Below, piece after piece: positions 20,322 through 29,815 of a stretch of 64,000 bases of DNA. The DNA comes from Nitrospinales bacterium. GTDB taxonomy: Bacteria; Nitrospinota; Nitrospinia; Nitrospinales; JAJDAT01. Where the stretch lies: positions 7,307-71,306 of the forward strand of contig JAYOZP010000005.1 in the NCBI GenBank assembly GCA_038154245.1, written 5' to 3'. Positions within the stretch are counted from its first letter, which is position 1. Each line of letters opens with the position of its first letter. Under the pieces are notes generated by a model. It made no database searches. It worked only from the letters and a program-made list of their open reading frames with translations, and had not been told where the DNA came from. A program made the translations under genes and the position numbers.

Positions 20322-20768
20322 ATGTTACGATCATCATCCGCTTATCCCGTTCAAAAAGAAATTCAAGAAACTTTTTTTGTTCGTATTTGGAATTCCTTTC
20401 GCTCTTTATTTGGCTTTAAAAAACCCGAAAAAATAGCCCAAACTCCCATTCCAAGCCCAGAACAATTAAGAGAGATGGTGGAGCGGTTTAAAGAAAAAAT
20501 TAAGAAAAACCCACAAGATAGTTCCTCTTATTTTAAACTCGGCGAATGCCTGATACATTTAAAACGAACCCGAGACGCTTTAGAGCCTCTGACCGAAGCT
20601 ACCAAAATAGACCCTAACTTTTACGAGGCTTTTTTTCACCTGGGGCAAGCTTATGCAAGTATAGGCCGGGACGAAGAAGCTATTCCGCCTTTGGAAAAAG
20701 CCATCGAACTAAAACCGGACAGCGAAGCGGTTAAAAAGGCTTTGGCGGGAGTCTATAAGGAGCAATGA
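20322..20768 (+). CDS. TPR-repeat protein, N-terminal part (ends at in-frame TGA 20766-20768)
   Basis: TPR units (YFKLGECLIHLKRTRDALEPLTEATKIDPNF...). The same frame continues as TPR sequence after the TGA. Confidence 0.7.
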   Translation: MLRSSSAYPVQKEIQETFFVRIWNSFRSLFGFKKPEKIAQTPIPSPEQLREMVERFKEKIKKNPQDSSSYFKLGECLIHLKRTRDALEPLTEATKIDPNFYEAFFHLGQAYASIGRDEEAIPPLEKAIELKPDSEAVKKALAGVYKEQ

Positions 20769-20870
20769 GAATATTTTGGAAAAGCTAAACGATACGACCT
20801 AGCTGAAGAAGCGTTTGAAAAAGCGATAAAAATCATTCCAAAGTTTGGTCCCGTTTATCTTGCAATAGGG

Positions 20871-21596
20871 ATGTCCTTTTCTCAACAGGGAAAATATGAA
20901 GAGGCTTTTAAGAAAATAGATCTAGCTCTAAAATACGATAAAAACCTAACAGTCGACGCATACTATCAATTGGGTCAAATTCACGAAAAGTTAGGCGACG
21001 TAAAAAAAGCTATGAAGGATTATAAAAATGCGATTTCAGCAAGCCCAAGAGCTGCATTACCTCAATTGGCATTGGGCTTACTTTACTCCAAACAAGATAA
21101 ATTCTTCGACGCGGCCAAACATCTTCAAGCGGCTGTCACCTACAGTCCCCGAGTAGCATCCGAAGGTTTTTTTCAACTGGGCAGAGCCTTATTAAAACTA
21201 GGTCGACACGACGAGGCTGTTGTTCCTTTTAAAGAAGCGGTAAATAGGTTTCCAGATAATAAAACAGTGAAAGATGGGCTAGCGGAATCTCTATTCCGCG
21301 TTAGCGAAAAATTAGCCGAAGAAAATCGTATTAGAGACCAAATTAAAATTTTAGAAGAAGCCGTCAAAGCTAATCCCCATTACGGTAAATGCCAGTTCTC
21401 TTTGGCCAAAGTTTACGACGAAGGGAAAGATGGAATCAACGCAGTTATCCATATGACATTAGCCCGGGAAGCCTTTGAGAAAAGTAAGGAAAAACAACCT
21501 GAAGCTCTGGCTTTAAAAACCCTGATGTCGTATTTCAAAAAATACGATCTAAATCCTCGCGATTACTCCGCAATCAAACTACCGCCTACTTATTGA
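20871..21596 (+). CDS. TPR-repeat protein, C-terminal part (same frame as 20322..20768)
   Basis: The first ATG falls in the middle of a TPR helix. The 34 codons upstream (20769-20870) are open and TPR-like (EYFGKAKRYDLAEEAFEKAIKIIPKFGPVYLAIG). Confidence 0.7.
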   Translation: MSFSQQGKYEEAFKKIDLALKYDKNLTVDAYYQLGQIHEKLGDVKKAMKDYKNAISASPRAALPQLALGLLYSKQDKFFDAAKHLQAAVTYSPRVASEGFFQLGRALLKLGRHDEAVVPFKEAVNRFPDNKTVKDGLAESLFRVSEKLAEENRIRDQIKILEEAVKANPHYGKCQFSLAKVYDEGKDGINAVIHMTLAREAFEKSKEKQPEALALKTLMSYFKKYDLNPRDYSAIKLPPTY

Positions 21597-21597
21597 T

Positions 21598-23478
21598 ATG
21601 GAAGGCCAAGATAAAATTCCACAAAATGGCGAGAATGGAGAATTCCAAAAAGACATTCGCCTATCCCATTTCACGATAGAGCATTCTCCAGATTCCATAA
21701 TCTGGTTCGATCAATATGCACGCATTCAACGCGTCAACCCAACCGCTTGTAAAACGTATGGTTATACCGCCGAAGAAATGACTTCGATAACTATTCACGA
21801 TTTAGACCCTAACTATCCCAAAGAAACATGGGAAGAAGCTTGGCAAGAATTTAAATCCGATAAATATCAGCAATTAGAAACCATCGGAATTACTAAAGCT
21901 GGCCGCAATTTTCCAGTCGAAGTTCACGCGCATTATTTTGAGTTTGAGGGTCAAGAATATGGTTGCGCCTACACACGCGACATAACTCAGCGAATATTAG
22001 CCGAAACTAATACTCGTTTCTCTCACTTCACGATTGAATACGCTCCAGATCTTATCTTTTGGTGCGATAGAAACGCCTTAATTCAACATGCAAACAAAAC
22101 TGCTTGCCAAGTGTACGGTTACTCTCCTCAGGAAATGACTGCGATGTCGATTTTCGATTTAGACCCCACCGTCACCGAAGAAAGCTGGGAGACCAATTGG
22201 GAGAAGATTAAATCGGACGGCGCAATCTCCATTGAATCCGAGGGTAAAACTAAAAATGGAAGAATTTTCCCAATTGAAGTAAAAGCTCATTTTTTAGAGT
22301 TTGAAGGCACCGAATTTCTCTGCTCTTTCGTTCGAGATATTAGCAAACGGAAAGAGAAAGAAAAAAAAGCTCGTTTTTCTCATTTCACAATTGAACGAGC
22401 TCCAGACTTAATATTTTGGTCGGATCGCAACGCAAATATCAAACACGCAAATAATGCGGCTTGCGCAACCTTTGGATATTCTCCTGAAGAAATAAAGGCA
22501 ATGCAGGTATTTGATTTAAATCCAGAAATGGAATCTAACAAATGGGAATCTTTTTGGGAAACCCTAAAAAAAAGAGGGACTTTGGTTATTGAATCAAAAG
22601 GAAAAACTAAAACAGGCAAAGTCTTTCCAACCGAAGTAAAAGCTCATTATTTGGAATTTGAAGGCGAAGAGTTTGCTTGCGCCTTTATTTTCGATATTAC
22701 AGACAGAATCAAAGAACAAGAAGAAAGAAAAAGACTAGCGACTGAAAAAGAAAGATTCGAAAGCGAATTGAAAATCGCCACATTAGTACAAAACGATTTT
22801 TTACCTGAAAAACCTCCCGAAAGATTTGATATCGATTTTGCGGCTAAAACGATTCCCGCAAAGTTTGTGGGCGGTGATTTTTACGACTTCATTCCTCTAG
22901 GCGGCGATTTATTGGCAATAGTTTTGGGCGACGTTGCTGGTAAAGGAGTCTCTGCTGCGCTTTATATGGCGAGATTATTAAGCGATTTCCGTCATGTTGC
23001 TCCCATGATGCTGGCCCCCGCCCAAACGCTCACTGAGGTGAATAAAATATTGGCCGAACGTTCGCGAAGAGGTATGTTTGCGACAACTTTATTTCTTTTT
23101 TTAGATTTAGAAACTAAATGCCTTACCGCTTCGAATGCCGGTCATCATCCTTTAATTATAAAGAAGAAAGACAAAGTAGCCGTGAACTGGGGCAACGCTA
23201 GCGGGGCTCCTATTGGAATTTTGCCAAGCGTTGATTATCAACAAGACGAAATTCAACTTGAAAGCGGCGACGTAGTATTTGCCTATACAGATGGCGCATC
23301 CGAACCTATGAATGCCGATGGAGAGCAGTTCGGAGTTTCAAGAATTAGAGACCGAATGGCTAATTTTTCAGGTTCGGCTCAGGAACTAATTGAACAGCTG
23401 GAAAAAGACATCGTCGAGTTTGTTGGCGATAGACCGGCGCACGACGATCTCACCTTCATCGCATTCCAGGTAAAATAA
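21598..23478 (+). CDS. 3xPAS sensor fused to a PP2C/SpoIIE-type serine phosphatase (RsbU-like)
   Basis: Three 119-codon PAS units starting R(L/F)SHFTIE. C-terminal GGDFYDF, GDVAGKGVSAALYMA, YTDG, HDDLT. Confidence 0.9.
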   Translation: MEGQDKIPQNGENGEFQKDIRLSHFTIEHSPDSIIWFDQYARIQRVNPTACKTYGYTAEEMTSITIHDLDPNYPKETWEEAWQEFKSDKYQQLETIGITKAGRNFPVEVHAHYFEFEGQEYGCAYTRDITQRILAETNTRFSHFTIEYAPDLIFWCDRNALIQHANKTACQVYGYSPQEMTAMSIFDLDPTVTEESWETNWEKIKSDGAISIESEGKTKNGRIFPIEVKAHFLEFEGTEFLCSFVRDISKRKEKEKKARFSHFTIERAPDLIFWSDRNANIKHANNAACATFGYSPEEIKAMQVFDLNPEMESNKWESFWETLKKRGTLVIESKGKTKTGKVFPTEVKAHYLEFEGEEFACAFIFDITDRIKEQEERKRLATEKERFESELKIATLVQNDFLPEKPPERFDIDFAAKTIPAKFVGGDFYDFIPLGGDLLAIVLGDVAGKGVSAALYMARLLSDFRHVAPMMLAPAQTLTEVNKILAERSRRGMFATTLFLFLDLETKCLTASNAGHHPLIIKKKDKVAVNWGNASGAPIGILPSVDYQQDEIQLESGDVVFAYTDGASEPMNADGEQFGVSRIRDRMANFSGSAQELIEQLEKDIVEFVGDRPAHDDLTFIAFQVK

Positions 23479-23484
23479 ATTATC

Positions 23485-23931
23485 TTATTTATTATCGTTT
23501 CCAGGGTTATATAAAACTACATTTTCTTGCTCGTTGGCGTCGTTACGCGAAACAACGGCCATTGCGGGTTCCGTTTTACTCAAATTGAACGGCTGATGAG
23601 GAACGCCAGGAGGTATAAAAACAAAATCGCCTTTTCGATTAATCATCGTTTCTTTCAAACCCGCTCCATAACGCGTCTCCACTTCCCCTTGTAAAATATA
23701 AATCGCGGTTTCAAAATCTTTATGATAATGCGGCTCGGGCGAAGCTCCAGGAGGAATGACCACAAGGTTCATGGATATTCCCTGCGCTCCTACAGTTTCC
23801 TTCGATACCCCTACAAAATATGGCAATCGTTGTTTTGTCATGACTTCGGCGTCAGGCCGAATACACTGAACGGTTAATTTATCTATATCCGACACTTCTT
23901 TACTCCTCAAAAATATCTTGTTTATAGTCAA
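23485..23931 (-). CDS. cupin-domain protein
   Basis: Cupin motifs PEPHYHKDFETAIYILQGEV and GDFVFIPPGVPHQPFN. Confidence 0.8.
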   Translation of the reverse strand: MTINKIFLRSKEVSDIDKLTVQCIRPDAEVMTKQRLPYFVGVSKETVGAQGISMNLVVIPPGASPEPHYHKDFETAIYILQGEVETRYGAGLKETMINRKGDFVFIPPGVPHQPFNLSKTEPAMAVVSRNDANEQENVVLYNPGNDNK

Positions 23932-24041
23932 TCATACTAAAGTAATTTATGATTAGACAAGTTAAGAAAAATTTTAAGAATAATAACTTCAATATGCGGA
24001 TTTATTATATAAAACCGACGCTGTCTTAAAAAATTGATCTT

Positions 24042-25172
24042 ATGGATTTTTCCATTTTAAAATTTTTCTCTTCTAAGAAAAAAGAGATAGCTGTCATGTC
24101 GGTCAGCATAGCGATTAGTCTAATTTTGGCTATCGCTGGCCTGGAGTTATATTTTCAAAAAAGATACTGGCACAGTTCTGGAACTCAATTTGACCCAGAA
24201 TTGGGATGGTCGGCCATCCCCAATAAAATGACTGAAAAAAAAGGCATTCGGTACACAACAAACTCTTTGGGATTTCGATCAGAGACAGTAGATTCATCAA
24301 GAAAACAAATACTAGTCCTCGGGGATTCAGTCGTTTGGGGACAAGGGGTTCAGGATAATGAAACGGTCGCAGCATACTTGGGAAACCACTTTCTTGATTA
24401 CCAAGTACTGAATATGGGTGTTTCGGGATATGGAATCGACCAATATTATTTACAATTGAAACAACATATTTCTCAATTAAACCCTAACATAATAGTTGTT
24501 GTTATTTTTTTGGGCAACGATTGGGGAGACTTCACAAAAGACACTCAGTATGGGAAAAGTAAACCTCTTTTTAAAACCGATACTTCTATATCTCATAATG
24601 AATTGGAAAATAGAGCTTCATTTCAAGTCGATCAGAATAAATTGGTTCTAACAAATAGTCCTGTTTCTCAGTATTCATGCTCAAATCTTATTTCCCGAAG
24701 CTGGACTTTAAGTTTACCTTTGCTCCAACCCGTCCGTGATTCTTTATGCACTATCAATAAACTCAATACTAGAGAAGGAATTTATGTCGCTATAGGCCTT
24801 CTGTTAAAAATCGGAAGTTTAGCGGAGGAAAAAAAATCGGAACTACTTTTTGTATTATCTCCTTCTAAAAGCGATTTCTATTACGATTTTAAAAAGCAAA
24901 ACTACGATGAACTTTTTAAAAAATATGAATCAAACAAATCTGAATCGTACAACAAGTTAAGTCAGTCGCTGTTTCAAAATATCTTTAAACAAACCCAGTT
25001 CCCTTACTTAGATTTTTACGAAATAATCAAAAAACGCGGTTGGAAAATAGAGGATCTTTATTTACCAGGAGATAACGATCATCTATCGCCTTTAGGCTTA
25101 AAATATATGGCAGAATCGATTCACAACTATTTTTTAAATCGTTCAACCATTAATAACACCTTTGATAATTAA
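24042..25172 (+). CDS. membrane-anchored SGNH/GDSL-family hydrolase
   Basis: N-terminal TM. Block I ILVLGDSVVWGQG, block III GNDW, block V DNDHLSP. Confidence 0.7.
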   Translation: MDFSILKFFSSKKKEIAVMSVSIAISLILAIAGLELYFQKRYWHSSGTQFDPELGWSAIPNKMTEKKGIRYTTNSLGFRSETVDSSRKQILVLGDSVVWGQGVQDNETVAAYLGNHFLDYQVLNMGVSGYGIDQYYLQLKQHISQLNPNIIVVVIFLGNDWGDFTKDTQYGKSKPLFKTDTSISHNELENRASFQVDQNKLVLTNSPVSQYSCSNLISRSWTLSLPLLQPVRDSLCTINKLNTREGIYVAIGLLLKIGSLAEEKKSELLFVLSPSKSDFYYDFKKQNYDELFKKYESNKSESYNKLSQSLFQNIFKQTQFPYLDFYEIIKKRGWKIEDLYLPGDNDHLSPLGLKYMAESIHNYFLNRSTINNTFDN

Positions 25173-25257
25173 CATTTATACTAGTTTGCTGTTGCCTAGC
25201 CCCTGGTTTTAAAGGCTAAGCCCCTGACAAATTTTGAATTTTTAGAGATTCCCTTAA
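25150..25257. repeat. TTAA-bounded inverted-repeat intergenic element, copy A (108 bp; left arm degenerate)
   Basis: Right arm CAAATTTTGAATTTTTAGAGATTCCCTTAA (25228-25257). Core stem GCCTAGCC/GGCTAAGC. The left arm TTAATAACACCTTTGATAATTAACATTTAT overlaps the last codons of the SGNH gene. Confidence 0.6.
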
Positions 25258-25317
25258 ACCAATAGTTTCATGAATGACTGATTTACTTTTACCAGCCTTC
25301 ATATATAATTCTCCTCT

Positions 25318-26799
25318 ATGTCTAAGAAACATCTTCCATCTATTCCTGTAACTCAATACCTCGTCGTTTCCTTTTTTTCCGGCTTTGCAGTTTTATCTTT
25401 AGAAATGCTTGGGTTTAGGTTTTTAGCGCCTTATTTCGGATATTCCACCTATGTCTGGGGAGGATTACTTGGATCTATTATGGCGGCGCTTTCAGGAGGT
25501 TATTACTTAGGAGGAGTTCTTGCGGATAAAAAACCAGAGGGACAAATAGCCTATCAATTAATTCTATACGCTACCCTTTATTTATTGGGTATTTTAATTT
25601 TCTACAAATCGATTTTAAATATTTTGGCAAGCGGCGGTATTATTTGGGGTTCCTTAGCTGCATCGGTTTTTTTGTTTGGACCTCCTATGCTACTGCTAGG
25701 AATGTTGTCCCCTTTCTTAATTAAAATTATCGCTAAAAAAGACGCTGTCGGCATGGCTTCGGGTAAAGTTTTTGCCATTTCCACCTGGGGATCTCTGGCT
25801 GGAGTATTTTTTACGTCTTTTTATCTCATTCCAGAATGGGGTAGCTTTCGAACTCTAACTTTTATTGTGATTTTATTAGCCATCCTTTACGTTTCTGGAA
25901 ATTGCAGTAACTGGCTTAAAACAGGCGGAGGGGCGGCAATAATTGCTTTTACCATTATTTTTCCAAATTCTCCCGTTTCAAGTGGAGTGGTTTTTCAAAC
26001 CGAATCGGCTTATAACTTAATTCAAATCAAAAAAAATTCAGAAGGTTATTCGCTACACTTAAACGATGGTCGGTGGACACATTCTAGTTATAAAAAAGGA
26101 TTTGTTTCTACAGGAAATTATTATGACTTTATGCTCTTAGGCACTTTATTAACTCCATTTAAGGATGTCTTAATACTTGGAACCGGAGCGGGTACTTCTA
26201 TCCGACAATTTTTATTTTTTAAGCCGGATGTTCATCTTGACGCCGTTGAGTTAGACCCAAAAGTCGTGGAAGCTGGAAAAAAGTTTTTTGATCTTCCCGA
26301 CCACCCAAATCTCAAAATTTACGTTGAAGACGCTAGACCTTTTTTATCAAGAACCAAAAAAAAATACGACGTGATAGAAATGGATATTTTTTCAGGAGGT
26401 CCTTTCGTTCCGTTTTATCTTTCAACTCAAGAATATTTCGAACTAATTAGCGCAAAACTAAAACCAGAAGGTTTGTTATTAATGAACGCTCTTAGGATTG
26501 GACAAAACGATGTTTTCGCAAATCGGCTAGGGCAAACAATTTTAAAAGAATTTCCTTCGTTATTTAAAATAAATTTGAACGATAATGTTTTATTGCTTGC
26601 GACTAAAAAAGAAACTTCACTAGAAAAGTTAAAAGAGACTTTGACAAATCAAGACAGCGCCAAAATCAAACCTATTGTGGAATATACTCTTAAAAATATA
26701 CAAAAATTTCCAACCGATACAAAAAACGATATTTTTACCGACGATCAAGCTCCCACCGAAAGACTTGTGTACGAAATGGTAAAGGACAGCTATAAATAG
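25318..26799 (+). CDS. fused polytopic-membrane / spermidine synthase-like (aminopropyltransferase-fold) protein
   Basis: About 7 predicted TM helices in the first ~210 aa, then a class I MTase/spermidine-synthase fold (VLILGTGAGTSIRQ, AVELDPKVVEAGKKFF, DVIEMDIFSG). Confidence 0.8.
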   Translation: MSKKHLPSIPVTQYLVVSFFSGFAVLSLEMLGFRFLAPYFGYSTYVWGGLLGSIMAALSGGYYLGGVLADKKPEGQIAYQLILYATLYLLGILIFYKSILNILASGGIIWGSLAASVFLFGPPMLLLGMLSPFLIKIIAKKDAVGMASGKVFAISTWGSLAGVFFTSFYLIPEWGSFRTLTFIVILLAILYVSGNCSNWLKTGGGAAIIAFTIIFPNSPVSSGVVFQTESAYNLIQIKKNSEGYSLHLNDGRWTHSSYKKGFVSTGNYYDFMLLGTLLTPFKDVLILGTGAGTSIRQFLFFKPDVHLDAVELDPKVVEAGKKFFDLPDHPNLKIYVEDARPFLSRTKKKYDVIEMDIFSGGPFVPFYLSTQEYFELISAKLKPEGLLLMNALRIGQNDVFANRLGQTILKEFPSLFKINLNDNVLLLATKKETSLEKLKETLTNQDSAKIKPIVEYTLKNIQKFPTDTKNDIFTDDQAPTERLVYEMVKDSYK

Positions 26800-27031
26800 A
26801 GGCTTGGTCTACTCTCAATCAGCAACCCTGTAATTAGTTTATTTGCAATGGTTTGACAGGTTTCTGGATTTATGTTAGTTATGATAAATTCGATCTTAAA
26901 TAAATCAAAACTAATGACTTAAATTAACTTCTTTGTTTAGTTTTTTGCCAACTCACCTTCGCAAAGTAAATCAGAATCCTTTTCTAAATATTTGAGTCTA
27001 AATAGACAACTAAAAATTAATTTATAGAATC

Positions 27032-27865
27032 ATGACTATTCCTTTTACAAAAATGAACGGCGCCGGCAACGACTTTGTTGTTATTGATAACCGTAAATCC
27101 ATAGTCCCAGACGAATCAAAAGAAAAATTCGTAGAAAAAGTTTGTAACCGAAGGTTTTCAATTGGAGCCGACGGGGTTATTTTTATCGAAAATTCAAATT
27201 CAGATAAAGTAGATTTCCGATGGGATTTTTATAACTCTGATGGAAGTACCGCAGAAATGTGCGGAAATGGAGCGCGTTGTGCAGCTCGATATGCCGTTGA
27301 CAACAACATTGCACAAGCCCCAAATTTATCTTTTGAAACGATTGCAGGCATCATCAATGCCGAGGTTGGAGATGAAACCATCAAAGTTAAGCTCACCGAC
27401 CCTCACGATTTTGAACAAGGCAGAAAAGTGGATTTGGATTCTGATTCCCATACCATAGATTCCATTAATACTGGCGTACCTCATGCGGTTCTTTTTTCCG
27501 ATAAAATTGACGACCTTCCAACTATTAAACCTATTGGATCTTCAATTCGATATCACAAAGAATTCGCTCCCGCTGGAACAAACGTTAACTTGGTAGAAAT
27601 TACCGGTAAAGACTCCATAAAGATTCGCACTTACGAGCGAGGAGTTGAAGATGAAACGCTTGCTTGCGGAACTGGCGCCACCGCCGCCGCAATTTTGGCG
27701 GCGAAAAGAGAGAAAGTAGTCGCTCCGGTAACGGTTAAAATTGCAAGCGGCTGTGAATTAATAATTCACTTTGATCCTTCCATGGATAATGGTTTTGGAG
27801 ATGTAATTTTAGAAGGACCCGCGGAAGTAAACTTTCAAGGAACTCTAAACGGCAACTTAATATAA
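27032..27865 (+). CDS. dapF: diaminopimelate epimerase
   Basis: FTKMNGAGNDFVV and catalytic Cys motifs EMCGNGARC and ACGTGATA. Confidence 0.95.
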   Translation: MTIPFTKMNGAGNDFVVIDNRKSIVPDESKEKFVEKVCNRRFSIGADGVIFIENSNSDKVDFRWDFYNSDGSTAEMCGNGARCAARYAVDNNIAQAPNLSFETIAGIINAEVGDETIKVKLTDPHDFEQGRKVDLDSDSHTIDSINTGVPHAVLFSDKIDDLPTIKPIGSSIRYHKEFAPAGTNVNLVEITGKDSIKIRTYERGVEDETLACGTGATAAAILAAKREKVVAPVTVKIASGCELIIHFDPSMDNGFGDVILEGPAEVNFQGTLNGNLI

Positions 27866-27892
27866 AACGCTATTCATAATTGAGGCTCAGGA

Positions 27893-28768
27893 ATGTTTGA
27901 AGGATCTTTTGTTGCAATCGTTACTCCATTTAAAAATGGAAAAGTAGACGAAGAAGGATTGCGCAATTTAATAGAATTTCAAATCACTAACGGAACAAAT
28001 GGAATTGTGCCTTGCGGCACGACAGGCGAGTCGGCTACTTTGGACCATGAAGAACACTCGCAAGTTATTTCCATAACTGTCGACGCTTGTAAAGGCAGGG
28101 TTCCCGTTCTTGCCGGCACCGGTTCAAATTCTACTAAAGAAGCGATCAAACTAACAAAAGAAGCCGAAAGGGCAAAAGCGGACGGAGCGCTTTTAATAAC
28201 GCCTTACTATAATAAACCAACTCAAGACGGCCTTTTCCGCCATTTTGAAGCAATTGCAAAAGAAACCAGCTTGCCCATCGTTTTATATAACGTCCCAAGT
28301 AGAACGTCGGTAAACATGTTATCCAATACGGTAAAGCGACTATCGGAAATAAAAAATTGTGTCGGCATTAAAGAAGCGTCTGGCTCCTTGCAACAAATGA
28401 GTGAAATTGTGGATCAATGTGGAGACAACTTCTCTCTTATTTCTGGCGACGATCCTCTTCTATTGCCAATTTTATCTGTTGGAGGTAAAGGAATAATTTC
28501 CGTGACGGCAAATGTAGCCCCGGATAAAGTCTCTAAGCTTTGCGCTTATGCCGCAAGAAATGAAATGGAGGAGGCTAGAAGACTTCATTTTGAGTTGATG
28601 GAATTAAATAACGCAATGTTTATTGAAACAAATCCGATTCCCGTTAAAACCGCGCTTGGGTTAATGGGAAAAATCGATCCCGAGCTACGACCGCCATTAT
28701 CTCCAATGTCCGAAGAAAATTTAGAATCGCTAAAAACCGTTTTGCGGAAATATTCCTTGATTGGCTAG
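27893..28768 (+). CDS. dapA: 4-hydroxy-tetrahydrodipicolinate synthase
   Basis: VAIVTPF..., GTTGESATL, YNVPSRT, IGIKEASG. Confidence 0.95.
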   Translation: MFEGSFVAIVTPFKNGKVDEEGLRNLIEFQITNGTNGIVPCGTTGESATLDHEEHSQVISITVDACKGRVPVLAGTGSNSTKEAIKLTKEAERAKADGALLITPYYNKPTQDGLFRHFEAIAKETSLPIVLYNVPSRTSVNMLSNTVKRLSEIKNCVGIKEASGSLQQMSEIVDQCGDNFSLISGDDPLLLPILSVGGKGIISVTANVAPDKVSKLCAYAARNEMEEARRLHFELMELNNAMFIETNPIPVKTALGLMGKIDPELRPPLSPMSEENLESLKTVLRKYSLIG

Positions 28769-28873
28769 GTCCAATCCCTATGAACTTTGATGAATGATGG
28801 CATCCTTCCCTAACGACAAAAACATTCGTCCATTTTTATTGAGAACTACTTTTACGTTAATAAGGAGAAACAA

Positions 28874-29680
28874 GTGATCAAAACGTTAGTCATTGGAGTT
28901 GCTGGACGAATGGGAAAAACGATTGTTTCCTGTTTGGAAGACACCGATGGAATCGAACTTTCTGGAGGAACAGAAACTTCTGGGAGCCCTAATATTGGCA
29001 AAGATGCAGGAGAATTGGCAGGCGTCGGCAAAAAAAATATTATTATCGATTCAGATTTAGATAAATTGGTACCTACTTGCGACGCCATTATTGATTTTAC
29101 AACTCCAGAATCTACTATGACAACGTTGGAATTCGCTTCAAAATATAACAAGGCTCTCGTCATTGGAACGACAGGACTTAATTCCGATCAAAAGCAAACG
29201 CTTAAAGAAAAATCGGCGAACATCCAATGCGTATTTGCTCCAAATATGAGTATTGGAGTGAACGTTCTTTTTAAAACCGTAAAAGATCTTGCCAAAACAA
29301 TGGGCGACGCCTACGACGTAGAAATTGTAGAAGCTCACCATAAGTTTAAAAAAGACGCTCCCAGCGGAACTGCTGTCAGGTTATCAGAAATTGCCGCAGA
29401 AGCCCTTGGACGCAACCTTGAAACCGACGGAGTCTATGGCCGTAAAGGAATGAGTCCAGGTCGAGGAGCTAAAGAAATTGGTATCCACACTGTTCGAGCT
29501 GGCGATATCGTTGGCGAACATAGAGTCATGTTTGGAGGGATGGGAGAAACTCTAGAAATTTCACATCGCGCTCAAAGCAGAGATACTTTTGCTAGAGGGT
29601 CCATTGCGGCGGCTAAATGGGTCGTAGAGCAAGCTCCTGGGCTATACGACATGCAAGACGTTCTTGGACTGACTAATTAA
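28874..29680 (+). CDS. dapB: 4-hydroxy-tetrahydrodipicolinate reductase
   Basis: GTG start after AAGGAG. GVAGRMGK, EAHHKFKKDAPSGTA. Confidence 0.95.
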   Translation: MIKTLVIGVAGRMGKTIVSCLEDTDGIELSGGTETSGSPNIGKDAGELAGVGKKNIIIDSDLDKLVPTCDAIIDFTTPESTMTTLEFASKYNKALVIGTTGLNSDQKQTLKEKSANIQCVFAPNMSIGVNVLFKTVKDLAKTMGDAYDVEIVEAHHKFKKDAPSGTAVRLSEIAAEALGRNLETDGVYGRKGMSPGRGAKEIGIHTVRAGDIVGEHRVMFGGMGETLEISHRAQSRDTFARGSIAAAKWVVEQAPGLYDMQDVLGLTN

Positions 29681-29699
29681 TAGCGTTATAATTAGATAT

Positions 29700-29797
29700 T
29701 TAACAGAACCTCTAATAATTCATACTTTTACTTATTCGCTATCGCCTAGGCAATGGCTAGGCTCTCGGCAAATTTTGATTTTTAGACATCCCCTTAA
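29700..29797. repeat. TTAA-bounded inverted-repeat intergenic element, copy B (98 bp)
   Basis: Left arm TTAACAGAACCTCTAATAATTCATACTTTT. Right arm CAAATTTTGATTTTTAGACATCCCCTTAA. Core stem GCCTAG/CTAGGC. Lies between dapB and the Mo-oxidoreductase gene. Confidence 0.7.
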
Positions 29798-29815
29798 CAC
29801 ACTAGGCGAATTGCC

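Noticed and set aside
20766-20768. The in-frame TGA read as selenocysteine, or as evidence for genetic code 4 or 25.
   Set aside because: TGA clearly terminates other well-defined genes in the window (for example 18298-18300 and 30578-30580). A TPR helix is not a plausible selenoprotein site. Downstream there is only a weak 5-bp AGCTA/TAGCT stem, not a convincing SECIS. No sel genes are present in the window.
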